A stretch of 64,000 bases of DNA. Origin: Stegostoma tigrinum. Taxonomy: Eukaryota. The translations under genes and the position numbers were made by a program. The notes beneath the pieces are model-generated. The model worked only from the letters and a program-made list of their open reading frames with translations. It did no database searches and was not told where the DNA came from. The stretch lies in assembly GCF_030684315.1 (NCBI RefSeq), contig NC_081387.1, forward strand, positions 5,560,497-5,624,496, given 5' to 3'. Below are positions 37,100-49,209 of this stretch, piece after piece (the stretch's first letter is position 1; every line of letters starts with the position of its first letter).

Positions 37100-39250
37100 T
37101 GATTTTCTGGATTTTTACAGGGAGAAGAGCTGGGATTGAGAGACAAAGTTGTTAGACTGATATAGGAGCTTGGATGGAGAGCAATTTAATAGATGTGTCC
37201 AGGAAGGCTTTGTGAGACAGTATGTTGACAATCCAACCAGAGAGGAGGCCATACGAGACTTGGTATTGGGGAATGAGCTAGGACAGGCGATTGATATTTC
37301 AGTACGACGGCATTTTGGGCTTAGTGACCATAACTCCATAAGATCTTGAGTAGTCATGGACAAGAACAAGAGAGGCCCTTGGGTGAGGGTACCTAATTGG
37401 GCAAGACATCCAAATTAGACAGGAACTGGGAAAGATGGATCTGCAGCAGTTATTTGAGGGCAAAGCTATGTTTGACATGTGGGACACTTTTAAAGACCAG
37501 TTGATTAATGTGCAAGACATGCATGAAGGATAGGAATGGCAGGATTCAGGAACCATGGATCATAAGGGAAATTGTAAGTTTAGTCAAAAGGAAAAAGGAA
37601 GCATATGATAGGTCTAGGCAGCTACAAACTGATGAAGCCCTTGAGGAGTATAGAGAAATTAGGAAGGAACTTAAATGCAGAATTAGGAAGCTAAAAGGGG
37701 CCATGAAATATCTTTAGCAAGCAGGGTCAAGGAGAATCCCAACGCTTTTTTATTTATTTAGGAGATGAAAGATGGTAGCAAGGGAAAGAGTAGGCACACT
37801 CAAGGACAAAGGAGGGAATTATGGGTGGAGACACAGGAAATGGGAGAGATTCTGAATGAGTGCTTTGTATCAGTATTCACCAAAGAGAAGGCCATGGCTG
37901 ATGTTGAGGCCAGGGATGAGTGTGTGAATACTCTAGAAAATGTCAATATATTGAAGGAGGACGTTTTGGGTATCCTAAAATGCAACAAGTCCCCACGGAC
38001 AGATGGAATCTATTCTAGGTCTCTGTGAGACGGAAAGAAAAAAATATCTGGGGTGCCAGCAGATACCTTTACATCCTCTTTGACCAGAGGCCAGATTCCA
38101 GAGGTCTGGAGATTAGCCAATATTGTTCCCTTGTTTAAAAAAGGAGGTAAGGATAATCCAGCAAATTATAGGCCAGTGAGCTATGTATCTGTGATGGGGA
38201 AGCTTTTGGAGAAGACACTGAGGGATAAGGTGTATGCACATTTGGAAGAAAATGGATAAGTTACTGACAGGCAGCATGATTGAATTTTTCGAAACAGTAA
38301 CAAAGATAATTGAAGATAGTAGGGCTGAGGATGCAGTTTATATAGATTTTAGTAAAGCATTTGATAAAGTCCCACGTGGCAGATTGGTACAAAAACTAAA
38401 ATCACATGGGACTCAGGTTGGACTGGCTAGATGGATACAAAAATGGCTCGGTCATAGAAGACACAGGGTGGAAGGATATTTTTCAGAATGGAAATCTGTA
38501 ACTAGTGGTGTTTCTCATAGATCAGTCTTGGGTCCTCCGTTTGTAGTATTTATAAATGATCTCGAGTAAAATGTGGGTGGTCTGACTAGTAAGTTTGCAG
38601 ATTACATGAAGATTTGTGGAGTTGCTGATAATGCTGATGACTGTGAAAGGTTACAACAGACTATTTTTAGCTTGGCAACTTAGACACAGAAATGGCAGAT
38701 GGAGTTTAATCCAGACAAGTGCAAGGTGATGCATTCTGGAGGATCAAATTTAGGTGTGACTCATACTGTTAACGGCAGAACCCTTAGGAACACTAACATA
38801 TAGAAGGATCTGGCAACACAGGTGGCCAAGATGATTAAGAAGGCATATGGCATGCTTGCCTACATTGCCTGTGGCTTGGAGTACAAGAGTTGACAAACCA
38901 TGTTATAGCTATATAAATCCTTTGTTAGGCTACATTTGGGGAGTATTGTGTGCAGTTTTGGTCACCATACTACCAGAAGAATGTGGAAGCTTTTGAGAGA
39001 GTGCAGAGAAGGTTCACCAGGATGTTGCCTGGTCTCCAGGGAAATGGCTACGAGGAAAGGTTAAAAAGTCTAGCATTGTTTTCACTGGAAAGACAGTAGC
39101 TGAGAGGAGACTTGATAGAGGTCCACAAAATTGTGAGAGGTATAGATAGGGTAGATAGTCAGAGGTTTTCCCAGGGTTGAAATTTCAATTAAAGGGGGCA
39201 CAGGTTAAATGTAACAGGGGAAAGTTTAAGGGAGATGTGCGAGGAAAATT
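37100..39250 (+). mobile_element. CR1/HER1-like LINE ORF2 remnant
   Basis: PTREEA..DLVLGN, SDHN, IPEVWRLANIVPLFKKG, NYRPVS, DFSKAFDKVP, SGVSHRSVLGP, with many stops and frameshifts. Confidence 0.9.
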
Positions 39251-39532
39251 TAACTGATGTGTAGAATTAGCTGCTCGTCTGTTGTCTTTATACAAACAGC
39301 TAAGTGGCCTTATTAATTGATTCCAAGATCCTCCAGCCAAACCATTGGAAAAATTGCAAAATATATCAATATATAACTTGCTTAGTGATGTATTTCATTT
39401 TATTTTTCCAAGTTTCTCTTCCTTTTGTTCCTTCTTTGAATCTGTTTCCTTGGCACAGTCTCAGTTTCTCCTGCTTGTTACCATCTGTATCTCATTCATT
39501 CTATCCTTTCAGTCACACACATTTTCCCTGTT

Positions 39533-39565
39533 TCTCTCTCTCTCTCTCTCTCTCTCCCCCCCTCT
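39533..39565. repeat. (TC)n microsatellite in intron 4 next to the alpha3 donor
   Basis: Direct inspection. Confidence 0.85.
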
Positions 39566-39593
39566 CGCATGAATATCTAATACAGTTCCTTAC

Positions 39594-39872
39594 CCCACTG
39601 ATAGAGCTTGGCCTCTGCCAGGCTGCTGTGTTCAATTCGACAGGAATATTGATCCTCATCCCCAGCACTGATTTCAATCTCTTTCTGGATCTGATGGGTC
39701 CCATCATGGTTCGGTCGAATCCCCGAGGATTGTATCTCAGACACAACCTCTCCATTCCTTAGCCAGGTCACCTTGATGTCTACAGGATAAAATCCAGTGA
39801 CCAGGCAGGAGAGAGTGAGCGGCTTGTCCTGATGATTGGGCTCATTTCTGGAGATGAACACTTCAGGCTGAA
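39594..39872 (-). CDS. MHC class I-like gene B, alpha3 (Ig C1-set) exon
   Basis: Acceptor cccatcacag|, donor G|gtaagg, 279 nt. Translates VQPEV...LSCLVTGFYPVDIKVTWLRNG...PNHDGTHQ...YSCRIEHSSL. Confidence 0.96.
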
Positions 39873-39976
39873 CTGTGATGGGAAAGGGTGAGAACAGAAA
39901 CAATAGACAGACACTGAATGGAATGGGACAGCAGTTACATAGATCAGTGAGGTTAGATCAGAACTGAAATATATAC

Positions 39977-40252
39977 CTTTCCTTTTGAGATATTCCTTTC
40001 CAAAGTGTAAGCGTAGTTTTAAACGCTCAACAAGTTCTATTTCCAACTGCCATTTCCAGTATTTGTTCCAGGCTTTGTCTGAATTCCATTTTTCCGCAGT
40101 CTTCACTGCAAAGTGATTTGATGCGACCCATCTCATTCTGTCTGGATCTAAACTAATAAGATCATTTCCATCAAATCCAAATCGCATTGATGTCTTAATG
40201 GAGCCATCGTCATTTATTTCAACACTCCTTATCCATTGGAAAATGTGAATTC
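39977..40252 (-). CDS. MHC class I-like gene B, alpha2 exon
   Basis: Acceptor tattgtcag|, donor G|gtatat, 276 nt. Translates GIHIFQW...FGFDGNDLISLD...WVA...AVKTAEKWN...LHFGKEYLKRK. Confidence 0.94.
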
Positions 40253-41719
40253 CTGACAATAATGAGCAGGAAATAAGGAGCTATTATTGGTTGAAATGTC
40301 TTTTTATTACATGATAAATTTCTCTGTGGGTTCTATATTGCTATACCAGATTATAGTAAACCTAAAGTAGCTCAGTATTACAACAGATTCCTTTATTGGT
40401 TCATTCACAGCAGGATTTATTACTGTAAAACTGGTTCTGTACACAGTACTGAAGGAATATTTGTGTGAAAATATCTACTGCCTGTGAATATCTCCATTTT
40501 GTGAAACCCAGGTTGCTCTGCAGAATTTGCACAGTGTATACTACTTTTGATGGTGCACAGGAGATAAATCCTGACCCCCCCCCAATGAAGCCATCCAGGC
40601 AATACCTACATTGTCAAGTGAAAGTGGGTCGGTAAGAAAATCAGTGTAAGGAACTCAGCTCCTGGGGTCTGTAGCTATGATGAAGAAAGTTCAATAAACT
40701 CACGAGGTAGGTTCACAGCTCCAGCCTCACTGCTACAATATTCCTGCGCTCTTCTCCCTGCTGGGTCATACAATCATTGCTCCGCACTTCACTATGTCTG
40801 TTCACGTTTCAAATGAAATGCCAAACCTGTTCTCCCTTCTCATATAGATAAAGTCATAGAGATGGACAGCACGGAAACAGTTTGGATGAGTTTGGTCTAA
40901 CTCATCCATGCCGAACAGATATCTTAAATCAGACTAGTCCCATTTGCCAACGTTTGGCCCATATCCCCCTAAATCCTTCCTATTCATACACCCACATAAG
41001 ATTTACAGTAAACACAAAATCAGAGCCCAACTTCACTTCAAAACAAAGAAGAGATTTGCTGAAGCAGTCTCATATTATATGACATCATCTCCAAGGTGAA
41101 GTCACTCATAGGCTGCTCTCCCATTATAGAAAAAAAAAACTGGTGGTGGTTTAACCCAGGGGTATTGGCTAGCTCTGTTAGCTGGATGGCTGGTTTGCAA
41201 TGTAGAGTAATGTCAACAGCATAGGTTCAACTCCCACACTAGCTGAGGCTACCATAAAGGATTCTCCTTCTCAGGCTGACCCCTTGCCTGAGCATGGTGA
41301 ACCTCATGTTACAACATCAGCAGTGTTTTCTCTCCCTAATGAGAGGTATCAAAGATTCCAAAGCATTATTCTGAAGAAACACTGAGGAGTTATCCTCACT
41401 CTGTTGACAAATATTTACTCCTCAGTCAACATCATAAGAAGTGTTGTATTGTCACATGTTGTTGTGGGAACTGGCTGTGTTCAAGCTAGTTACTCTATTC
41501 CCCACACTGCAGTAGTGACCACTTTGTGACTCTGAAGATAAGCTGTTCTGAGTTTGAGAAAGGTCTTATGTAAATCTATATTTGCCCTCTTTTCCCTCAT
41601 GCTCATCACAGCTACATTCCTCACTTCTCGACAACTCATATATCTCCTACACTGCAAACAAATTAATTCCTCTGTGACAGGCATCTCAGTGAATATTATC
41701 ACTAATTTAATCCAATCAC

Positions 41720-43040
41720 TAAGGTTTTAGAGTAGATTTGTAGCTTGGTTTGTGGATGTTGTGGTTGGTTGGTTCGCAGAGCTGGTTTATTGTTCCGCAG
41801 ACATTTCATTACCCTGCTGGATAACATCATCAGTGCAGCCTCCGAAGAAGCGCTGTTGTGTTTTCCCACCTGTTATTTAAACTCTGGTGTTGGATTACCT
41901 CACTTCCGGTTTTCCTGCACAATGGAGTGAAAACAGGCTCGAGCTGTATGTGTTAACTGATGACTTTCTTAGTGGAGTACAAGACTTCTACGAATTCCAG
42001 TGCTTGTCTCTGCTTTGCCTGTCCCAGGACCCCAGTGTTGTCCCAATCGAATTGGTGGTTTTACTTATCCATGTGGATGGAGATGAGCGAGTATTGGTTG
42101 TGTTTTTTTGTTGCCAGTTGATGTTCGTGACTTTATTTGTGTGTGTTAGGGTGGTTGCTGTTGAAATTCCAAGGGTGAAGAGTAGAGGAGAAGAACAAAC
42201 AGCTCCCATTCCTGGACGTCATGGGCAAAACAGGAACAATGGGGAATTCCTAACAAAGGTGCACAGGAAAGCCACACATACTGATCAAGTACTGAATTTC
42301 AACAGCAACCACCCTAACACACACAAACAAAGTTGTGTGGGAACATTGTTTAAATGGGCAACGATACACTGCAGCAGCATAGAACTATGCCAAAAAGAAC
42401 AGTACTCTTCCACATATTCCAAGACAATGGAAGCCTGAAAAACTGGGTCAGAAGATGCCTGTCACACAAACACCACCAGGAAGATACTACATGCCCTGAC
42501 AAACTCATCACGCTACCTTATATCAGGAACACATCTGAACTGACTACAAGACTGCTATGACCACTGGGCGTCAGAGTAGCATACAAACCCACATCAACCC
42601 TATGACAACTGCTCACCTGGACCAATACCCACTATGGACAGGACTAATGTCATATACAAGATTCCCTGCAAAGACTGTGACAAACACTACATTGGACAAA
42701 CAGGAAGGGAGCTAACCACAAGGGTACATGAAAATCAACTGGCAACAAAAAGACATGACCAATACTTGCTCATCTCCATCCACATGGATAAGGAAAACCA
42801 CCAATTCGATTGGGACAACACCAGGATTCTGGGACAGGCAAAACAGAGGAGCCTGGTAGTCCATTAAGAAAGCCATTAATAAACACATACAGCTGGACCC
42901 AATAGACACTCCACTGTGAAGGAAAACTGGAAGTGAGGTAATCCAGCTCATCAAACACAACAGCGCTTCATTGGAGGCTGCACTGGTGATGTAACCCAGC
43001 AGGGTAATGAAACGTCTGCAGAACCACTAACCAGCTTGGC
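41720..43040. mobile_element. Penelope/Poseidon-like element with inverted 5' arm
   Basis: KVHRKATHTDQVLNFNSNHP (RT thumb) and NVIYKIPCKDCDKHYIGQTGR (GIY-YIG) on +, inverted copy at about 41720-42155. Confidence 0.88.
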
Positions 43041-45084
43041 GAGCCAACCAACCTCAACAGAATCCAACCACACTTATTGGACAGGGTTGGGATGCTGTGT
43101 GACTTGGAAATGAAGCTGAAGGTGATGGTGTTAACAAACATCAACTTGTCTTTCTGGATAATGGAGTTTGCTAGTTTGAGAGCTCTGTGAAAGAAGTCTG
43201 AGTGAATTGCTGCAGGGCGTCTTGCAGGTAGTACACATTGTAGCCATTGTGTAGCATGAAGGTGCAGTAAATAGGGAATTATGCAGTATGGTAGTGGGAT
43301 GAATTTTGAAAGTTGTGGATTTGATGTTAATTAAGCAGCCTGCTTTGTCCTGGAGAGTGATAAAATCAGAAATATGAATGTTGGCGGTGAAACTATCAAT
43401 TGTAATATCAAATCAATTCATCTGCTTCAATATATGTCCTTAAGAACAGGAAATCTGCCAACATGTGACTCCAGATGCTGGTTGACTCATGACTGGCCTC
43501 TGAAAAGGCTGAGTAATTCACCCAGTTCATGTCAAATTAGGGACAGGCAACAAATATTGGCCTTGTCAGTGACATAAACATCCCACCAAAGAAGGAATTA
43601 GCCTGTCTACCTGACTGAATGCTGCACTGTACATTGTCTGTACATCTCAGGGTCATAGACAGTAGTGTAACGATATATGGATGCCCATCTGGCACTCACT
43701 GAAAAGAGCAGTCAGGAGAGATAATAATAAACCAGGTAGCATCCACAGACAGGGGAAGAATTTCAGGTTGATGACCGTTGTCAGACGGGGGAAAATCTTT
43801 CAATATGTAACAGGTTTTGAGCAAGTGAAAAAGGGAATTTAGAAATGGATTAAGGGAGAAGATCAATGACAGACTGGAATGGGGATGGGTTAAATGACAA
43901 AAGAGTTGGTGTTGCAGAGCCAAAGGGAGTGACAGTGTGTAAAGTAGAGAAACAGAAGTTGAGTGTTCAGAGGAAATCCACAGGATTGCTGGCACCGAAA
44001 GAGGTTAAACCAGTCCCTGCAAGTGCTTATGCTCAACCTGAGCTCCTCCCATCCTAATTGCTGTAAATCTATGTTAGTAATCTTCTATTGCCTTTTCCCT
44101 CAAATATTGAACTATTTCTCCTTAAATGCATCAATACTATTTACTTTAATGACTGTGCGGTGGCTCCTCAGGGAAAAGAAGTTTAAATTCCCTGTTGGAT
44201 TTCTATTGCTATTGTATATTAGGGCTTTGAATAATTTTCCCTAAATGTGGAAATGATCTCTCTGCATCCAAGCAATCAAAATCTTTAAAAGTTATTAAAC
44301 CTCCAATTGACACACCTTAGCCCTTTTCTCCCCAAGGCAGAATGGATTCCAAATTCAGTTCCTTTTGCATATGTATACCCACAAATACATTATTATAAAT
44401 CCTCTCTGTGCCATCTCCAGTGCCCAATGCTTTATTCTTATCATAACATGAGGACCAAAACTGCAGGCAGTATGTAGTCTAAGTAACTGTTAAACACAAA
44501 TTTAACGTTATTTCCTAATTTTCAAAGCAATTCCTTTAGATATAAAGCCAAGTGCTTGGTTCATGGTTTTTAATGACTTTGCTAAGCTGTGACCTAGGTT
44601 TTGGTGATTGATGTATTTGGAACATAGAACATAGAACAGTACAGCAGAGAACAGGCCCTTCAGCCCGCGATGTTGTGTCGACCATTGATCCTCATGTATG
44701 CACCCTCAAATTTCTGTGATCATATGCATGTCCAGCAGTCTCTTAAATGTCCCCAATGACCTTGCTTCCACAACTGTTGCTGGCAACGCATTCCATGCTC
44801 TCACAACATTTATATGACAAGATCTACTTTACTTCTCCCCCATGTAGATCTGCAGGTTTGAACCAATAAATAATCTCCCAATTTCCAAGAAACACAGCCA
44901 ACCGCTACAATTTGATGTCAGCTGCAATTTTTAAAAGTTTTGATTCCAAAGACCAAAACATTGCTGCAAATTGCGAACAGCAGTAGTCCCACTTCTGAAG
45001 AATTCTTACTTTCCGCAACTCTGAAGAACTCTCTTTTACTCTCGTTCTCTATTTTGTCTTGAAGCCAATTTTCAATCTGTTCTG

Positions 45085-46176
45085 GAGATAATAGGGACTG
45101 CAGATGCTGGAGAATCTGAGATACTAAGGTGTAGAGCTGGATGAACACAGCAGGCCAAGCAGCATCAGTGGAGCAGGGAGGTTGACGTTTTGGGCCCAGA
45201 CCTTCTTCAGAAATGGGGGAGGGGAAGGGGGATCTGAAATAAATAGGGAGAGAGGGGGAGGTGGATAGAGGAGAAGATAGGCGGAGAGGAGACAGGTTGG
45301 TCAATGAGGCAGGGATGGAGCCAGTAAAGGTGAGTGTAGGTGAGGAGGTAGGGAAGAGACAGGTCAGTCCAGGTAGGACAGACAGGTCAAGGGGGCAGTA
45401 TGAGGTTAGTAGGCAGGAGATGGGGGTTGGGCTTGAGTTGGGAGGAGGGGACAGGTGGGAGGAAGGACAGGTTAGGGAGGCGAGGACGAGCTGGGCTGGT
45501 TTTGGGATGTGGTAGGGGGAGGGGAGATTTTGAGGCTTGTGAAGTCCACATTGATATCGTTAGGCTGCAGGGTTCCCCGGCGGAATATGAGGTTGCTGTT
45601 CCTGCAACCTTCAGATAGCATCATTGTGGCACTCCAGGAGGCTCGGGGAGGACATGTTGTCTGAAGAATGGGAGGGGGAGTTGAAATGGTTCGCGGCTGG
45701 GAGGTGCAGTTGTTTAGCGAGAACCGAGCGGAGGTGTTCTGCAAAGCAGTCCCCAAGCCTCCGCTTGGTTTCCCCGATGTAGAGGAGGCCACAACAGGAA
45801 CAGCGGATGCAGTATTCCATATTAGCAGACGTGCAGGTAAACATCTGCTGGATGTGGAAAGTCTTCTTGGGGCCTGGAATGAAGGTGAGGGAGGAGGTGT
45901 AGGGGCAGGTGTAGCACTTCATGCGGTTGCAGGGAAAAGTGCGAGGTAAGGTGGGGCTGGAGGGAAGTGTGGAGTGGACAAGGGAGTCTCCACTCCAGCT
46001 ATCTTCTCCTCTATCCATCTTCTATCCGCCTCCCCCTCTCTCCCTATTTATTTCAGATCCCCATTCCCCTCCCCCATTTCTGAAGAAGGATCTAGGCCCG
46101 AAACGCCAGCCTCCCTGCTCCTCTGATGCTGCTTGGCCTGCTGCGTTCATCCAGCTCTACACCTTGTTATCTCTTG
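45085..46176 (-). mobile_element. Penelope-like (Neptune-type) element with short inverted end, nested in a CR1 remnant
   Basis: TCTSANMEYCIRCSCCGLLYIGETKRRLGDCFAEH. TSD caatct(g/a)ttctg at 45073-45084 and 46177-46188. Confidence 0.85.
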
Positions 46177-46648
46177 CAATCTATTCTGCCACCTGGATTG
46201 TGACTCCATATTCACTGGCCTTGTTCATTTGTCTATTGTGATCCAGCTTAGCAAAGGCCTTTTGAAAATACTTCTATCAATTTACCACTGTCTACTCTCT
46301 CTGTAACCTCCACAAAGTTATCAATAGGTTGGGCCAAATATGGTTTTCTTTGGTGAAATCCATACTGACTGCTGCACAAGCTGGCTATCAGCTTCTTGAT
46401 TAGCTGCTTCCAACCTCTTTTGGGATAGGGATCTACAGGGCTTGCTTAGTTTAGCGTAGAAGAGGAAAACACTTAGCAATTGAAGTGTGAGGAGACCACA
46501 TTGTGAGCAATGAATAGAATACACTAAATTGAAATAACTGCGCATCAATTATTCTATCTCAAATAACTGTATCACATGGAAATAGAACCTTGGATGAAGA
46601 GGAGACAAAGAAAAGGGCAAACGGAAGCGTATGCATTGTTGTTCTTAC

Positions 46649-46909
46649 CGGATGTCTGGTTTGTACTCTTCATTATCGTCTTCAGGTTCTCCTTTGCAAT
46701 GGCACAATGTTTATTCCCTCGATTTGTGAGATATTCCCAGTATTCCTCATCAAAGGCATCTGTCATCCACTGCTGTCGGGAGACTATGCGAGGGGCACTG
46801 CTGTCATAATAGGCCACCGGAACTCCGTCGATCATTCCCACTCCAACATACTCAGGTAAATCAGTGGTGCCAGAGGTGGCTAAGTACATTACCATAAATT
46901 TATTCCTGT
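46649..46909 (-). CDS. MHC class I-like gene B, alpha1 exon
   Basis: Acceptor ctttctacag|, donor G|gtaaga, 261 nt. Translates DRNKFMVMYLATSG...YYDS...RQQWM...EEYWE...TNQTSG. Confidence 0.94.
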
Positions 46910-46979
46910 CTGTAGAAAGTAAAGATTAACAAATTCAAGGCACACTTGAATAAACACTCACAAACACTACCAGCTGATC

Positions 46980-47170
46980 AAGGGGAACCATCCCCTGAGA
47001 AAAAGAACAGGAAGTGACATCACCAACCCAAGGAAACCTAACCAGATAAATAGAAAGCGGGACATAACACCAGTGCTTCGTCAGAGGCTCACTGATGATG
47101 TTACCTAGAATGGTGATGAAATGTCTGAAAACTAACCTTCCAGCTCAGCGAGCAAACTCACATCCAGAAG
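46980..47170 (+). mobile_element. Poseidon-like pLTR fragment with hammerhead motif
   Basis: Matches 9960-10150; ctgatgatgttacctagaatggtgatgaaa at about 47092-47121. Confidence 0.75.
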
Positions 47171-48529
47171 CTCATCTACATAGTGACAATCTCCAATTTA
47201 ACGATAGGAATGCTCAAATCCGGATAGAGCATTCACACCAGCAAATACCTATAATAGCTTCAATAGCAGCTAAAAAGGTTCCGAAGACAGTAACCCAGAT
47301 CTTCTGGTCAGGTTCAGGGATGATGCTGAGTGCATTGACTCTACTGGTGGAGACTTCTGTAACCCAGTCCTTTTCTGATTTTTCAGCTATTTCTTTCAAT
47401 TCAAGAGGTGGGGGGAGAGTGACTGCCCTTGACATCGAAACATAGGAATTAGGAGTGGAAATAGGCAAATTTGGTCCTTTGGGCTGCTCCACTATTCAAC
47501 ATGATCATGACTGATCTAATCTTGATCTCAACTCCATTTTCCTGCCTGTTCCCCATAGCCCTTTATCCTGCATTTCACAATTGTGGCATCAGGAAGGGTA
47601 TCAGAGGGAAAACCTTTTGCTGGTTGGAGCACACACGAAGATGGTTGTAGTTTTTGGAGTTTGGCCATCTCGGATCCTTGACATCGCTGCACGAGTTCCT
47701 CAAGTTAGTGTTCTAGGCTATGGGCTGTTTGGTTGTAAAGATCAGCTGATCACTGTTAGACTGTTAGATATTAAACTGTTTGACTCTTCCTGGCTCAGTG
47801 TGCAAATAGGGCACATATATCTGACCCAAATCTCTGATTCTGAATTCCATGTCAGGAACAGTTGTGGAGAACCCCAGACAATCCCAGAATCCTGACTTGC
47901 ATCTCCCAATTCAGATCCCAAATCTGATGATCTGGAGACCTGAAGATTTTTATCAGTGAATATCTGAAGAGGCATCAAAAGATTTCCTGGCAGGAAATAA
48001 ATGCTTCTAGAAACTGCCTATTCACTATCCAACATTCTTTCAGTTCAATCATTAAGAAAGCACCTGTAAGTATTTTGAATCAGCCCGTTGTGACAAATAT
48101 CCAGACTGGGACTCAAACCCGGACCTTCTGACTCTAGGTGTAGAGCTGGATGAACACAGCAGGCCAAGCAGCATCACAGAAGCAGGAAAGCTGATGTTTC
48201 GGGCCTAGACCCTTCATCAGAAAAGGGTCCAGGCCCGAAACATCAGCCTTCCTGCTCGGCCTGCTGTGTTCATCCAGCTCTTTATCTTGTTATCTCAGTT
48301 TCTCCAGCATCTGCAGTTCCCATTACTTTCTGACACTGCCGCAGGAACCTTAAAAAGAAAGCAACAGCTGGTATATACAGTCTCCTATCCAAAATCTGAA
48401 GCTGCCTACGAGAGCAGACAAGATCAGGCATTTTCAGACTCGTGACAACTGGTCTTCAGAAACCAACAGCTCATTTTAGATCTGTTGGGAAGTGCAAGGA
48501 GAGAGAAACGGCTGTTTCCCTCTAATGCA

Positions 48530-48990
48530 AAACTTGCAGGGAGAGAGAAAGGGAAAGACTGTTGGACAGAAAGAGGCAAAGAAACAATGGGATCGAGAGA
48601 GAAACATATGCACGGGCAGAGGCAGGATAGCAGAAAAAAAGAGACAGAGAACCAGAGACAGAGATAATGAGAGAAAGAGAGAGACAGAGGGAGACATTGA
48701 AGAAGAGACAAAGAAGAAACAGAAACACAGGGACACAAAGAAAGGAAGACAGAGATCCTTAGAGAGGACAGAGATAGAGGGATAGAGGAGAGAGCAGACG
48801 GAGAGATGGAGACCAAGAAGAAAAAATCCGGAAGGAGACAGGCAGGGATCCAGACAAAGACAGACACACACACATACAGCCACACAAGCACAAACAGACA
48901 CATGCACACAGACTGACACGAAGACACAGATTGAGGCACACTGAGGCACAGAAGGACAGAGAAAGAACACAGACATACACAGCGAGACAG
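48530..48990. repeat. GA/CA-rich low-complexity expansion in gene B intron 1
   Basis: Purine-rich gaga/gaca/caca mosaic that produces the spurious hydrophobic ORFs in the track. Confidence 0.8.
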
Positions 48991-49157
48991 CCATGAAAGG
49001 AAATTCTCCCCTCGGCTCCTCATCGGTACAATCGTGACATTAATTCCTGACAGACACCGACGAGCATTTCCACTCCCACAAAGTCCCAGGAAAGTTCCTG
49101 TCCTCGCCGTTTGCTGGAGGAGTGAGTGTGAAATGGAAAGCTGAATTCTATACTTAC

Positions 49158-49209
49158 CGGAAGAGACCCAGGAAAAACACAGGGAGATAGAGAAAAGAAT
49201 CAGCAACAT
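49158..49209 (-). CDS. MHC class I-like gene B, leader peptide exon (coding part)
   Basis: MLLILFSISLCFSWVSS + G|gtaagt, 52 nt, phase 1. Confidence 0.92.

Noticed and set aside
48424-49209. 261-aa hydrophobic ORF starting at the gene B ATG
   Set aside because: Only the first 17 codons are the leader exon; the rest is read-through into a low-complexity intron.
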